From Patescibacteria group bacterium (GTDB lineage Bacteria > Patescibacteriota > Patescibacteriia > UBA1558 > GWA2-36-10), in assembly GCA_041662585.1 (NCBI GenBank), contig JBAZSG010000002.1:13588-77587 (forward strand): DNA of 64,000 nt, given 5' to 3'. The notes beneath the pieces were generated by a model, which saw only the letters and a program-made list of their open reading frames with translations, was not told the origin of the DNA and did no database searches. The first letter of the stretch is position 1. Each line of letters opens with the position of its first letter. Shown here in pieces: positions 22,865 to 32,613 of the stretch. The translations under genes were made by a program, and so were the position numbers.

Positions 22865-24267
22865 TATTGTTTTCTTTCTTTGAAATCTATTAAACTTTCT
22901 AATTCTTTTATTTTATCATCTAAAGTTTTTTTGGACTTGGCTTCAACTGTCAGTCTAAGTAATGGTTCGGTACCAGATGGACGAACATTAAACCACCAAT
23001 CTGAAAATTCTACAGTAATACCATCTATCTCATCTAAAATATTTTCCCCGTATTCATTTCTAAATTTTGCCATTTCCAAATCTCTGTCTTCTACTACAAA
23101 ATTTAATTCCTCACTCTTGTGATAAAGAGTATATTCTTTAATAATTTCTGAAACTGGACGACCATCTTGAGAAATAGCCTCTAGACTCAAAACCATAGCA
23201 ATAAAAGCACTGTCAGCATAGTAATTGTCTTTGAAAGCAAAATGAGCTGAAACTTCACCACTCATGATACCACCTTCTTCTCTCATATGACGAGCCAAAT
23301 TCATATAGCCAACTTCACTGCGTATAGCTTTGCCTCCCCATTTGTTTATAAGATCTTTTACTGAATGACTAGCAATCAAATTGTAGACAATGCCAGCGCC
23401 GGGATTTTTATCAAGTATAGCTTTGACCATTGGCAACATGGTCATATCTCCTTTGTAAAAAGTCCCTTGCTCATCTAGCAAATTTATCCTGTCGCCATCT
23501 ACATCACAAATAAAGCCCAAATCAGCACCTAGTTCTTTTATTTTGATAGCTAGTTTATCTGATGCTCCTTTGGTCAAAGGATTTGGAGGTCGATTTGGAA
23601 AATTGCCATCTGGATCAGTAAATATAAAAGTGGCCTGACAAGAAAGTTTGTTTAAAATTTCCTTCATCATTTTACCATTCATACCATTGCCAATATCAAT
23701 GACCACTTTGAGTGGTTTTACTTTTTTTGTATCTACAAAACTCAACACATGTGCTACATGATCTTCTATAATATCTTTTTTGATTATTTTGCCGTCTGTC
23801 TGCTCATCACTAATAGGAAAATCCAAATCTTTCATATATTGCAAAAGCTCCTTGCCTGACACAAAATCAATACTGTCAGCATATTGCAAGTTGCTATAAG
23901 CTAGCTTGCAACCACCATATTCTGGTGGATTGTGAGAAGCAGTAGCCATAAAACCACCATTATACTTGTACTTACCAACCGCAAAATAATAATCGTTTAT
24001 TGATAGCAAGCCTAGATCATAAATAGTAACTCCATATCTTAAAAAAATTTTAATTGCCTCATCAAGCAATGGTTTAGAAGAAATTCTTGCATCACTACAA
24101 ATCGCGATGCTCAATTCTTTGATGGGCTTGCCAATTTTCTCAGATAAAAATTTGAGATAAGCTTGGGCTATCAAATTCATAGCTTGCTCATTGATCTGAG
24201 TAGGGTAAATACCCCTAAAATCATAGGACTTAAAAATACTAAGATCCAAATCTTTAGAATATTCCAT
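22864..24267 (-). CDS. Phosphoglucomutase/phosphomannomutase family (alpha-D-phosphohexomutase)
   Basis: ATASHNPPEYGG (active-site Ser loop), DVDGDR metal-binding loop, 467 aa. Confidence 0.8.
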   Translation of the reverse strand: MEYSKDLDLSIFKSYDFRGIYPTQINEQAMNLIAQAYLKFLSEKIGKPIKELSIAICSDARISSKPLLDEAIKIFLRYGVTIYDLGLLSINDYYFAVGKYKYNGGFMATASHNPPEYGGCKLAYSNLQYADSIDFVSGKELLQYMKDLDFPISDEQTDGKIIKKDIIEDHVAHVLSFVDTKKVKPLKVVIDIGNGMNGKMMKEILNKLSCQATFIFTDPDGNFPNRPPNPLTKGASDKLAIKIKELGADLGFICDVDGDRINLLDEQGTFYKGDMTMLPMVKAILDKNPGAGIVYNLIASHSVKDLINKWGGKAIRSEVGYMNLARHMREEGGIMSGEVSAHFAFKDNYYADSAFIAMVLSLEAISQDGRPVSEIIKEYTLYHKSEELNFVVEDRDLEMAKFRNEYGENILDEIDGITVEFSDWWFNVRPSGTEPLLRLTVEAKSKKTLDDKIKELESLIDFKERKQ

Positions 24268-25400
24268 TATTTTATTTCTTTACTGTTTTTAAATAAACTA
24301 TAAATACTACCCCAAGCCATCAAATATAAAATAGCTATGACCAAAGGTCCCAAATAAGGCAACTTGGCTATCAAAATATAAAGTAAAATACCAAAAGCCA
24401 AAACAAATAAATTGGACCATTTGTATTTAGCCAAAAATTTATGCTTGACAAAGCTACCCAAAATCCAAGCTGCAAAAATACAAGCAAAATACATAGCTAG
24501 TCCCCACAAAACCATGAGTACGATAGCTATTGGTATACCAATAAAAGTAATGGCCAATAAAATACAAAATATAGGTGTAAGTAGTAAAAGTCCAAAACCT
24601 TGAAAAAAACTAGCTAGTGGTTTTTTATAAACCCTCTGATAAGCCGTGGCAAAAACACTAGGCCACATATATAAAATCACCATACCTAATGTCAACATAC
24701 CAAAAAACTTTATCAGCAATCCAAATGCCCGAGCACTACTTTTATCTTCTTTGGTTTTTTTAATTATTTCATTAAAAGAAACATTGCCAATAGCCGCCTT
24801 AGAATTTATTTCTACTTTTTTGAGCGCCTGATAATACAAAGTACCATTGATGACAGCATCATCTGAAATATTGATAGCGTCTTTTACTGGCTGGGTTAAA
24901 TAAATATCAGCATCGTTGTTTACTGTGCCACTAAGTCGCAAACTAGAAAAGGCTCCTTCCAAACTACCTACTTGACCAGCGACATTTAAAGCTTGCCCCC
25001 AAAAAGTTAAGTGTCCAGCCAATTTGGAATCAGCATCTACCCTAAAATTTTGACCAGCCACCATAGCATTTTTAGTGACTTCTCCTATAAAATCAATGTT
25101 TGTACCAGCTAGTCGCAAAGAACCATTTATTTTGCCCTTGATAGTAATATTGCTACCAGCGGCAAAAATGTCTCCATTGATATTTTCTGAATCAATTACT
25201 ATGGTATTGCCAGCCACAAAAACATCACCATTGACTGTACCATTTATTTCGACTGTATTACCAGCCGCATAATAATTACGATTTATTACTTGGTCTTTTT
25301 CCAAAACAACAAAATTATCATTGTGAGCTGTAAGAGCCAAAGCAGAGCTTGGTAAAACTACAAAAATAGCCAATAAAACCCATTTAAATTTTTTGAACAT
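24267..25400 (-). CDS. Exported beta-helical (bactofilin/DUF583-like repeat) protein anchored by C-terminal transmembrane helices
   Basis: Signal peptide, then repeated ..G.V.I.G.VNGDVFVAGNTIVID.. units, followed by 4 C-terminal transmembrane helices. Confidence 0.4.
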   Translation of the reverse strand: MFKKFKWVLLAIFVVLPSSALALTAHNDNFVVLEKDQVINRNYYAAGNTVEINGTVNGDVFVAGNTIVIDSENINGDIFAAGSNITIKGKINGSLRLAGTNIDFIGEVTKNAMVAGQNFRVDADSKLAGHLTFWGQALNVAGQVGSLEGAFSSLRLSGTVNNDADIYLTQPVKDAINISDDAVINGTLYYQALKKVEINSKAAIGNVSFNEIIKKTKEDKSSARAFGLLIKFFGMLTLGMVILYMWPSVFATAYQRVYKKPLASFFQGFGLLLLTPIFCILLAITFIGIPIAIVLMVLWGLAMYFACIFAAWILGSFVKHKFLAKYKWSNLFVLAFGILLYILIAKLPYLGPLVIAILYLMAWGSIYSLFKNSKEIK

Positions 25401-25477
25401 AAACTTAAACTTAATAATTATGTGTACATTTTAACATAATAATTAGTAAAAATACAATAATTTGTTATAATATAAGC

Positions 25478-26089
25478 ATGAAGAAATTACTACAAATAAT
25501 CAGCTATTATCTAATACCTTTGGTATTACTATTACTTACTTTTGGCATCCCTAGTAGATCTTTATTTGGGCTATTTGGTAATACAGCTCTATATCTCCTA
25601 ATTTTTACTTTGTTCTTAAAACCCATTGCCAAAATATCAGATATCAAGTTTTTGAAACATCTATTGATATATAGAAGACAATTTGGGATTGCTAGTTTTT
25701 GGTTTTTTGCTTTTCATGCGATAGGCATGTGGCAAATATATCAACTAATCAATATAGAGTTTTATCTAGACCCAAAAACAAATTTATTCTATGGAGCTCT
25801 AGCAGCGATTTGTATGATTGTTTTGGGGATGACTTCCAATACATTGGCTGTCAAAAAACTGAAAAAAAATTGGAAACGTATTCAATATATTGCTTACCCA
25901 ACTTTATTTTTGGCTCTTTATCATAGAGCATTGTTTGAGGGTGACACTACTAATTTTTATATCCTATCTGGACTTTTTATATTACTAAAAATACTAGAAT
26001 GGAATAAAATAAATATTAATGCTTTTAAAAAAAATAAAATGCCAGATTTAAACGAAGAAGAAAAAAGAGTAATTATAGATAAAAAATAA
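25478..26089 (+). CDS. Ferric-reductase-like transmembrane heme-b protein (MsrQ/YedZ-like)
   Basis: RRQFGIASFWFFAFHAIGMW...YIAYPTLFLALYHRAL: conserved His pairs in transmembrane helices, as in the YedZ/MsrQ family. Confidence 0.5.
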   Translation: MKKLLQIISYYLIPLVLLLLTFGIPSRSLFGLFGNTALYLLIFTLFLKPIAKISDIKFLKHLLIYRRQFGIASFWFFAFHAIGMWQIYQLINIEFYLDPKTNLFYGALAAICMIVLGMTSNTLAVKKLKKNWKRIQYIAYPTLFLALYHRALFEGDTTNFYILSGLFILLKILEWNKININAFKKNKMPDLNEEEKRVIIDKK

Positions 26090-26091
26090 AC

Positions 26092-26766
26092 TTATTTTGA
26101 TTTTCTGACAAAAGCATTGATGTTCCACTCTGTGTGATATACTCCCTCTGGTTCTAAATCAAAATGAGTTTTTTTAAGTAGCGCTACTAGCTCTCCCGTA
26201 CTAAAACTATGATAATATCTCCAAACTGTATGTCCATTGTCAGTTGTCCAAGGAATAAAAAAATCATTCCAAGATTTCTTTGACCAAAATTTTTCTATAG
26301 CATAACGCCAGTATTTTTTTTGCCACAAATTCCAATTGGTCATAAAAAGCAGACCACCTGGCTTGAGCCAACGATTGGCCTTAAACAGTAAATCCAATCT
26401 TTCTTCTTTACTTGGTAAATGATGAAATGAAGCAACCATAAATATCATATCAAAAGTATTGGCTGCAAAAGATAAATCAGACATATCAGCTACTACAAAT
26501 TTTGACCGAGGATGATCTTGTCTAGCTTGAGCTATGAGCTTTTCAGAAAAATCTACTCCCAAATAATTGAGCTTTTTGTCAGCTTGTTCTAAAGATTTAA
26601 GAAGTCTACCATTGCCACAACCAAGGTCCAGTATCTTGAAATTATCCTTTATGTGTGGTATAAAGACTTGTAACTCTTTCCAAGGATAAGCGCGCGTTGC
26701 TGAAAACTCAAGCGCTATATCATTGTAGAGTAAACGTAAATCATTTTTTATTTTTTCACCTTTCAT
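26092..26766 (-). CDS. Trm9-like class I SAM-dependent methyltransferase (tRNA cm5U34 carboxyl methyltransferase-like)
   Basis: YNDIALEFSATRAYPWKELQVFI resembles the Trm9 N-terminal motif (Y.EIA.HFS.TR..PW). Motif I is ILDLGCGNGRLL; FMVASFHHLPSKEERL resembles Trm9 VVHHWSTRERR; GGLLFMTNWNLWQ resembles Trm9 GGQALIYCWALEQ. Confidence 0.65.
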   Translation of the reverse strand: MKGEKIKNDLRLLYNDIALEFSATRAYPWKELQVFIPHIKDNFKILDLGCGNGRLLKSLEQADKKLNYLGVDFSEKLIAQARQDHPRSKFVVADMSDLSFAANTFDMIFMVASFHHLPSKEERLDLLFKANRWLKPGGLLFMTNWNLWQKKYWRYAIEKFWSKKSWNDFFIPWTTDNGHTVWRYYHSFSTGELVALLKKTHFDLEPEGVYHTEWNINAFVRKSK

Positions 26767-28378
26767 GAATACAAAAGAAACTAATATTTTAGATAAAATT
26801 GTACTAGAATTATATACCTATAAAAATTCTAGCGAACTTGAATTTGTCAAAGCTCTACGTCAAGTATTTTCTCGTCATAAGATGACTCCCTCTAGTAAAG
26901 CTAAACTTATTGTAGCATATAAAAATTTGATTAAAAAGGGTAAATTAAAGAAAGATCAAAACTTTGAAAAACTACTGGTCAAAAGAGCAGTACGTACTAT
27001 GAGTGGTGTATCAGTGATTACTGTGCTGTCCAAACCCTTTGTTTGTCCAGGAAAATGTGTCTATTGTCCTACTGAGCCAGATATGCCAAAAAGCTACTTG
27101 TCCAATGAGCCAGCTGCAGCTCGTGCCAAAATGAATCTTTTTGATCCAATACGACAAGTCAATATGCGTATCAAAGCTCTAGAAAACAATGGTCACCAAG
27201 TAGATAAACTGGAGCTACTTATACTAGGTGGAACTTGGTCCGTTTATCCTGAAAAATATCAGAGAGATTTTGTTCGTGATCTTTTTTATGCGGCCAATGT
27301 ATTTGGCAAAAGAGGTCGAAAAAGAAAACCTCTATCTCTGGCCGAAGAGCAACTTATAAATGAAGCTACAAAATATAAGATAATTGGTCTGACTCCTGAA
27401 ACTAGACCTGACTATATAAACGAGCATGAAATAAAAAGAATGAGAGAGCTGGGTGCTACTCGTGTCCAAATTGGCGTACAGCATACAGACAATAAAATAT
27501 TAGATTTGATAGTCCGGGGGCATAGTATTGAACAATCTATCAAAGCTACCAAAATGCTAAAAGAAGTGGGTCTTAAAGTAGATCATCACTATATGCCTGA
27601 TTTACCAGGCTCAACACCTAAAAAAGACTTAGAAATGATGAAATATGTCTATAGCTCTCCTGACTTGCAACCAGATCAAATAAAAATCTATCCTTGTATC
27701 GTCAATGAATATGCCGAATTAAACAAATGGTATCAAGAGGGTAAGTACAAACCCTATTCAGCCAAACAATTATTGAATCTATTATTAAAAATAAAGGCCC
27801 TTACTCCTCCTTGGATTAGAATAAATAGATTGATAAGAGACATACCAGAAGAAAGTATTATTGCTGGAAATAGTATTACCAACTTGCGTCAATATTTACA
27901 AAGTGAATTAAAAAAACAAGGCAAGTCCTGTCAGTGCCTACGCTGTCGTGAAGTCCGAGATGATAATATAGAAGGAGAAGAAGTGATATTAGTAAAAAGA
28001 GAATACCGTGCTTCTGATGGTGATGAAATATTTATTTCTTTTGAAGCAAAAGATAATTCTAAACTTTATGCTTTTTTAAGATTGCGTTTCAATGATAACC
28101 CAACAACCAATATATTTGCTGAGCTCAAAAAGGCATCATTGGTCAGAGAATTGCATGTCTATGGTAAAATGATTCCTACTTATAGTGAAGAGCAAGATGA
28201 TGAAATATCCCAAACCCAACATATGGGTTTTGGAAAAAAATTAATGGCTGAAGCAGAAAAAATCACTCAAGAGCGAGGTCTCAATAAAATAGCTGTTATC
28301 TCTGGTATTGGCGTTAGAAACTACTATAAAAAACTTGGCTATAAACTAGAAGGTACATATATGACCAAAAAGTTATAA
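26765..28378 (+). CDS. elp3: Elongator protein 3 homolog (radical-SAM plus GNAT), tRNA wobble U34 carboxymethylation
   Basis: SGVSVITVLSKPFVCPGKCVYCPTEPDMPKSYLSNEPAAARAKMNLFDPIRQV...LILGGTWS...ETRPDY align closely with eukaryotic/archaeal Elp3 (radical-SAM CX4CX2C cluster). A C-terminal GNAT domain is present. Confidence 0.85.
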   Translation: MNTKETNILDKIVLELYTYKNSSELEFVKALRQVFSRHKMTPSSKAKLIVAYKNLIKKGKLKKDQNFEKLLVKRAVRTMSGVSVITVLSKPFVCPGKCVYCPTEPDMPKSYLSNEPAAARAKMNLFDPIRQVNMRIKALENNGHQVDKLELLILGGTWSVYPEKYQRDFVRDLFYAANVFGKRGRKRKPLSLAEEQLINEATKYKIIGLTPETRPDYINEHEIKRMRELGATRVQIGVQHTDNKILDLIVRGHSIEQSIKATKMLKEVGLKVDHHYMPDLPGSTPKKDLEMMKYVYSSPDLQPDQIKIYPCIVNEYAELNKWYQEGKYKPYSAKQLLNLLLKIKALTPPWIRINRLIRDIPEESIIAGNSITNLRQYLQSELKKQGKSCQCLRCREVRDDNIEGEEVILVKREYRASDGDEIFISFEAKDNSKLYAFLRLRFNDNPTTNIFAELKKASLVRELHVYGKMIPTYSEEQDDEISQTQHMGFGKKLMAEAEKITQERGLNKIAVISGIGVRNYYKKLGYKLEGTYMTKKL

Positions 28379-28462
28379 ACTTTGACAAAAACTATAAAAT
28401 ATAATTAAATAGCCTAGCTATATAAGTACAATACAATAATTTAAAACTCATGGAGGAGAATT

Positions 28463-28900
28463 TTGCTAATATTTTATCGCTGGTCTCAACTGAGCTTTGA
28501 TCACAAACAGGACTTTCTCAACTACCTGAGAATCCTGTGTGAGCGAAAGCTCATAGCTGGAAAAAGAATAAGGCTTTTTGAAGCCATCTGTATTCCAGCC
28601 TTGGCCAATGCTGATGGCGAAATCAGCGACACCATGGACACCTACAACCAGGTAGCTCAATACGGCGTTCGGCTGTACCAGCTAAACGACCTACTGGCCA
28701 TGTACTATCAAGAACTCCACTGGCCGGTCAGCGTCAAAAAGGCTGCCCAGTACTTGGGCCTCTCGGACAGATATGTCCGAGAACTGGCCAAACGAGGCAT
28801 CCCCCATTTGGATGCCACTCTCAAAAAAGGTCGCTGGTGCATCAACCTGGTTTCAGCCAGTGATTGGCTGATTCGCCACCATAAGGTGCATATAGCCTAA
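28463..28900 (+). CDS. Helix-turn-helix (excisionase/AlpA-like) DNA-binding protein, encoded in a GC-rich islet
   Basis: The C-terminal VSVKKAAQYLGLSDRYVRELAKRGIPHL...GRWCI is an excisionase-family HTH. Local GC is about 45-55% against about 33% in flanking DNA. Confidence 0.55.
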   Translation: MLIFYRWSQLSFDHKQDFLNYLRILCERKLIAGKRIRLFEAICIPALANADGEISDTMDTYNQVAQYGVRLYQLNDLLAMYYQELHWPVSVKKAAQYLGLSDRYVRELAKRGIPHLDATLKKGRWCINLVSASDWLIRHHKVHIA

Positions 28901-28920
28901 ATTAAATGGCTACCCAACCA

Positions 28921-28957
28921 AAAACCCGTCCCGAGCATAGTCGAGGGACGGGTTTTA
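28921..28957 (+). terminator. Rho-independent terminator after the HTH gene
   Basis: cccgtccc-gagcatagtcga-gggacggg-tttt. Confidence 0.8.
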
Positions 28958-29018
28958 TATTAATTTGTAAAAAAAATACAGTATGCTAAACTAATAGCAT
29001 TATTAATGCCTTAAAAAA

Positions 29019-30281
29019 ATGTCTAAATTAAATAATCAAGACCCTCAAATTTATAAAATATTGACTCAAGAATTAGAACGCCAAAGACAAGGCGCTGAAA
29101 TGATAGCTTCAGAAAATTTTGTATCTTTGGCAGTACTAGAAGCAACTGGGTCAGTCTTGACCAATAAATACGCCGAAGGCTACCCAGCTAAAAGATATTA
29201 TGGTGGCAATGAATTTATTGACCAGTCTGAACAACTAGCTATAGATCGTGCCAAAAAACTTTTTAAAGCAGAGCATGTCAATGTCCAACCTCATGCTGGT
29301 TCTCAGGCCAATATGGAAGCCTATTTTGCCTTGGCCAATTTGGGTGATACTATATTGGGATTTTCTCTGGCTCATGGTGGTCACCTGACACATGGTCATC
29401 CGGTCAATTTTTCTGGCAAATTTTATAACTTTGTTAGCTATGGTGTTGATAAAAAAACTGAGCGTATAGATATGGACGAAGTACGAGCACAAGCTATCAA
29501 GCACAAGCCAAAAATAATCTTAGCTGGAGCTTCTGCCTATTCAAGAAAAATAGATTTCAAAGCTTTCCGAGCTATAGCCGATGAAATTAATGCTTATTTT
29601 ATGGTGGACATGGCCCATATTGCAGGACTGGTAGCTGTTGGACTTCACCCTGATCCAATACCCTATGCTGATGTAGTGACTACTACTACTCACAAAACAC
29701 TGCGTGGTCCTCGTGGTGCAATGATTCTTTCTAAAATTAAAGACCGATTAGATCCTGCTGGCAAAAAAAATCTAGCGCAAAAAATAGACAGCGCTATTTT
29801 TCCTGGTATGCAAGGTGGCCCACTAGAACACATCATAGCTGCTAAAGCGGTCGCTTTTGGAGAAGCCTTAAAACCAGAATTTAAAAACTATCAACAACAA
29901 GTTATAGCTAATTGCAAAACTCTAGAAAATAAATTTAGAGCAGCTGGCATACGTATGATTTCAGATGGTACAGACAATCATTTACTCATGATCGATGTAA
30001 CTACGCTGGGTTTGTCGGGTAAAGAGGCTGAAAATTTACTAGATAATGTACATATTTTTACCAATAAAAATATGATTCCCTATGACCAGCGTTCTCCTAT
30101 GGATCCATCTGGTATCAGACTAGGGACTGCTGCTCTCACTACTAGAGGATTAAAAGAAGAAGCTATTAATACTGTAGCTGATATATTGATTGACACTTTA
30201 AAAACTAAAAAAGCAACCGATAAAAATAAACAGCAGATAGTAAATTTAATGAAACAATTTAAACTATACCCTGAACTATAA
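29019..30281 (+). CDS. glyA: Serine hydroxymethyltransferase
   Basis: IASENFVS...[15 protein letters not shown]...[13 protein letters not shown]: PLP-lysine region. Confidence 0.95.
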   Translation: MSKLNNQDPQIYKILTQELERQRQGAEMIASENFVSLAVLEATGSVLTNKYAEGYPAKRYYGGNEFIDQSEQLAIDRAKKLFKAEHVNVQPHAGSQANMEAYFALANLGDTILGFSLAHGGHLTHGHPVNFSGKFYNFVSYGVDKKTERIDMDEVRAQAIKHKPKIILAGASAYSRKIDFKAFRAIADEINAYFMVDMAHIAGLVAVGLHPDPIPYADVVTTTTHKTLRGPRGAMILSKIKDRLDPAGKKNLAQKIDSAIFPGMQGGPLEHIIAAKAVAFGEALKPEFKNYQQQVIANCKTLENKFRAAGIRMISDGTDNHLLMIDVTTLGLSGKEAENLLDNVHIFTNKNMIPYDQRSPMDPSGIRLGTAALTTRGLKEEAINTVADILIDTLKTKKATDKNKQQIVNLMKQFKLYPEL

Positions 30282-31114
30282 TGGACAAAATATTAGACGG
30301 TAAGGCTCTGGCTCTACAAATACAACAAAAAATTAAAGAAGAAATTGCCAAAAAACATATTAAACCAAGCTTGGCTATTATTTTGGTAGGCGAAGATCCA
30401 GCTAGCCAGCTTTATGTATCAAAAAAGAAAATAGCTTGCCAAGAAGTGGGTATTGATTTTCATGAATATTTTATGTCTGCTGATACAACCGAAAAAACTC
30501 TTTTAGAAACTATAGACTTTTTAAATAAAGACCAAGATACTGATGCCATACTTGTCCAGCTTCCCTTACCAAAAAAATTTGATACTAATAAAATAATAAA
30601 AGCTATTGATCCAAAAAAAGATGTAGATGGTTTTCATCCACAAAATATCCAATATTTTTTAAAAAACAAAGCTTATATTACACCGGGATTGCCTTTGGGA
30701 ATACTAAAACTACTAGAAGAAAGCCAAGAAGACTTGGCCAATAAATATGCTGTCATAGTATCTCGCTCAAAAGTCTTTTCCCAACCAATGATAAAAATAC
30801 TAGAGGATAGAAAAATGAAAGTATCTTTGATAAACCCTCAAGCTGACAATCTAAAAGAAGCCACTTTAAAAGCTGATGTTTTGATAGTGTCTTGTGGTCA
30901 ACCATTTTTAATAAAAGAAGACATGATAAAAGCTGATTCCATCATCATAGATGTTGGTACAAATAAAATAGACAACAATTATGTTGTCGGCGATGTTGAT
31001 TATTCAACTGTTTTTCCTAAGGTTAAATTCATCACGCCTGTGCCAGGCGGAGTAGGACCCATGACCGTAGCGATGTTGCTTTATAACACCGTTAAACTAG
31101 CTAAGCTAAAATAA
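30281..31114 (+). CDS. folD: Bifunctional methylenetetrahydrofolate dehydrogenase/cyclohydrolase
   Basis: ILDGKALA...PSLAIILVGEDPASQLYV.KK...VQLPLP...DVDGFHP...PVPGGVGPMTVAML. Confidence 0.9.
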   Translation: MDKILDGKALALQIQQKIKEEIAKKHIKPSLAIILVGEDPASQLYVSKKKIACQEVGIDFHEYFMSADTTEKTLLETIDFLNKDQDTDAILVQLPLPKKFDTNKIIKAIDPKKDVDGFHPQNIQYFLKNKAYITPGLPLGILKLLEESQEDLANKYAVIVSRSKVFSQPMIKILEDRKMKVSLINPQADNLKEATLKADVLIVSCGQPFLIKEDMIKADSIIIDVGTNKIDNNYVVGDVDYSTVFPKVKFITPVPGGVGPMTVAMLLYNTVKLAKLK

Positions 31115-31168
31115 TAATAATTTTAAAAGCCGGTCATCACTGATGTGACGACCGGCCTCTTTGTCGCA

Positions 31169-31513
31169 TTAGAGAGAAGACGCGACGAATTTTTCGAAAG
31201 CTTCACAGCGTTCAGGATGACTTTTGTCATATATCCTTATCACCCTCTCGGAGAGTGCTTCGTGGCTCACTCTACTACGATTCGTCCCCATATATTCCAG
31301 CATCAGCCCAGTATTAATGTTGTCAGACACCAGAGCGATACTGCCGTCCGACATTTCCAAGAGATCACCTCGTTCTGCCTGACGCAATTCCTTACACATC
31401 TGAGCAATTCTCTCTTTTTCTACTTTTGTCCGACCACTGCCGCAGCCAGACAAAATTACCAATACCAAGCAGCAAAATAATGCCGCAACTGTAAAAACGA
31501 CTAGCTTCTTCAA
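31169..31513 (-). CDS. Small lipoprotein (114 aa), encoded in a second GC-rich islet
   Basis: MKKLVVFTVAALFCCLVLVILSGCGS: signal peptide plus lipobox L-S-G-C. GC is about 47%. The plus-strand overlapping ORF 31145-31480 has no signal or motif and is probably spurious. Confidence 0.5.
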   Translation of the reverse strand: MKKLVVFTVAALFCCLVLVILSGCGSGRTKVEKERIAQMCKELRQAERGDLLEMSDGSIALVSDNINTGLMLEYMGTNRSRVSHEALSERVIRIYDKSHPERCEAFEKFVASSL

Positions 31514-31641
31514 AGTCCTCCACTAGAGCCTCTGGGCTCTCTGTTAAATTGTGTAATTGTACTAAGTTATAATCAATTATTATACAATAAATAAGCTTTT
31601 TGTCAATCCTATCCCCAACTTTCAACAATAAAGCAATCAAT

Positions 31642-31668
31642 AAAAAAACATCCCGTTCAAGACGGGAT
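31642..31668 (-). terminator. Rho-independent terminator of the exonuclease gene (hairpin family ATCCCG..CGGGAT)
   Basis: The minus strand reads atcccgt-cttga-acgggat-gttttttt. Confidence 0.8.
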
Positions 31669-31679
31669 ATTGATTATTT

Positions 31680-32474
31680 TTATAACAAAGTATTTTGCCA
31701 AGAATTCATCTTGCCCACTACTCGCATAGCTTTGATCCTGTCCAAATCAAACATTCGTAAAGCATCTCGCAAATGACAAAAGGCTTTAATCTTTTGACCA
31801 TTTATATTTTGAATATCAATCTTCCTGGTGGTTACTTCACCTTTTTCATCAATATAGTCTATCTCTATTTGATCACCATTTTTTAAAGCATTTTTTATTT
31901 TTTCTTCAATGGTAATATTGCCATTTTGTCTGCCCCAACGAGCTACAATATTTTCTTTGCGTCCAGCATTGTGATACCAAATATTTCCATGAACCAAACC
32001 ATAGTCATAAACCTCTTTGGTAACTTTGACATCATCTAAACAATATTTGATAAGGCTATCCCAATTATTACTTCTATAATAAGCAATAGCATCTAGTCCT
32101 GAGCCAGACTTTCCATAGCCCAGTGTAGACTGAGCTACACTTTCCAATTTTAATCGATGACCCAAAGCATGAACTACTTCTTCTAAAATATCTAAATGGG
32201 GTATAGAAAATAAATCAAAATCTTTGTAGTAAGGTTGAAGTACTGTGAGGTCAAAACTTTTACTATTGAAACCAATGAGTAATTTAGTGTTTTTTAAGAG
32301 CTCTAGCAGCTCGCCAAATTCCTCTTCTCTAAAGCCACGATATTTATCTTTGTTGTATGAATATACTCCAACCAAAGACACTCCCAATTTATGTAAATTG
32401 TGATGTCCACCCACCTCATCAAAGGTTTTTTTGGTTTCTAAATCCAAAACTATTATGTCTTTTTCTTCTTCCAT
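31680..32474 (-). CDS. DEDD-type 3'-5' exonuclease domain protein with C-terminal WYL-like extension
   Basis: IVLDLETKKTF...LIGFNSKSFDLTVLQ (exo motifs I/II), then HALGHRLKLES...YDYGL. The C-terminal 90 aa are unassigned. Confidence 0.5.
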   Translation of the reverse strand: MEEEKDIIVLDLETKKTFDEVGGHHNLHKLGVSLVGVYSYNKDKYRGFREEEFGELLELLKNTKLLIGFNSKSFDLTVLQPYYKDFDLFSIPHLDILEEVVHALGHRLKLESVAQSTLGYGKSGSGLDAIAYYRSNNWDSLIKYCLDDVKVTKEVYDYGLVHGNIWYHNAGRKENIVARWGRQNGNITIEEKIKNALKNGDQIEIDYIDEKGEVTTRKIDIQNINGQKIKAFCHLRDALRMFDLDRIKAMRVVGKMNSWQNTLL

Positions 32475-32530
32475 TTATATTATTATATCAAAACTTATTT
32501 ATGCTTACCAATCACTTTGTAAATAGTCAT

Positions 32531-32553
32531 TACTCATATTTTGTCCCACGGCT
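32531..32553. repeat. 23-bp sequence gctccgttgctgcgcaaagtcgc, left copy of an inverted-repeat pair
   Basis: An exact reverse-complement copy lies at 35828-35850. This copy sits between the exonuclease gene start and the helicase gene end. Confidence 0.75.
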
Positions 32554-32613
32554 CCGTTGCTGCGCAAAGTCGCCGCTGTTACAAAATATTCGTAATTATA
32601 TAATTTTAAAATA

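Noticed and set aside
31145-31480. Plus-strand ORF (111 aa) overlapping the lipoprotein gene
   Set aside because: It has no signal peptide or motif, whereas the opposite-strand ORF has a textbook signal peptide and lipobox. High GC makes long ORFs appear in both strands by chance.
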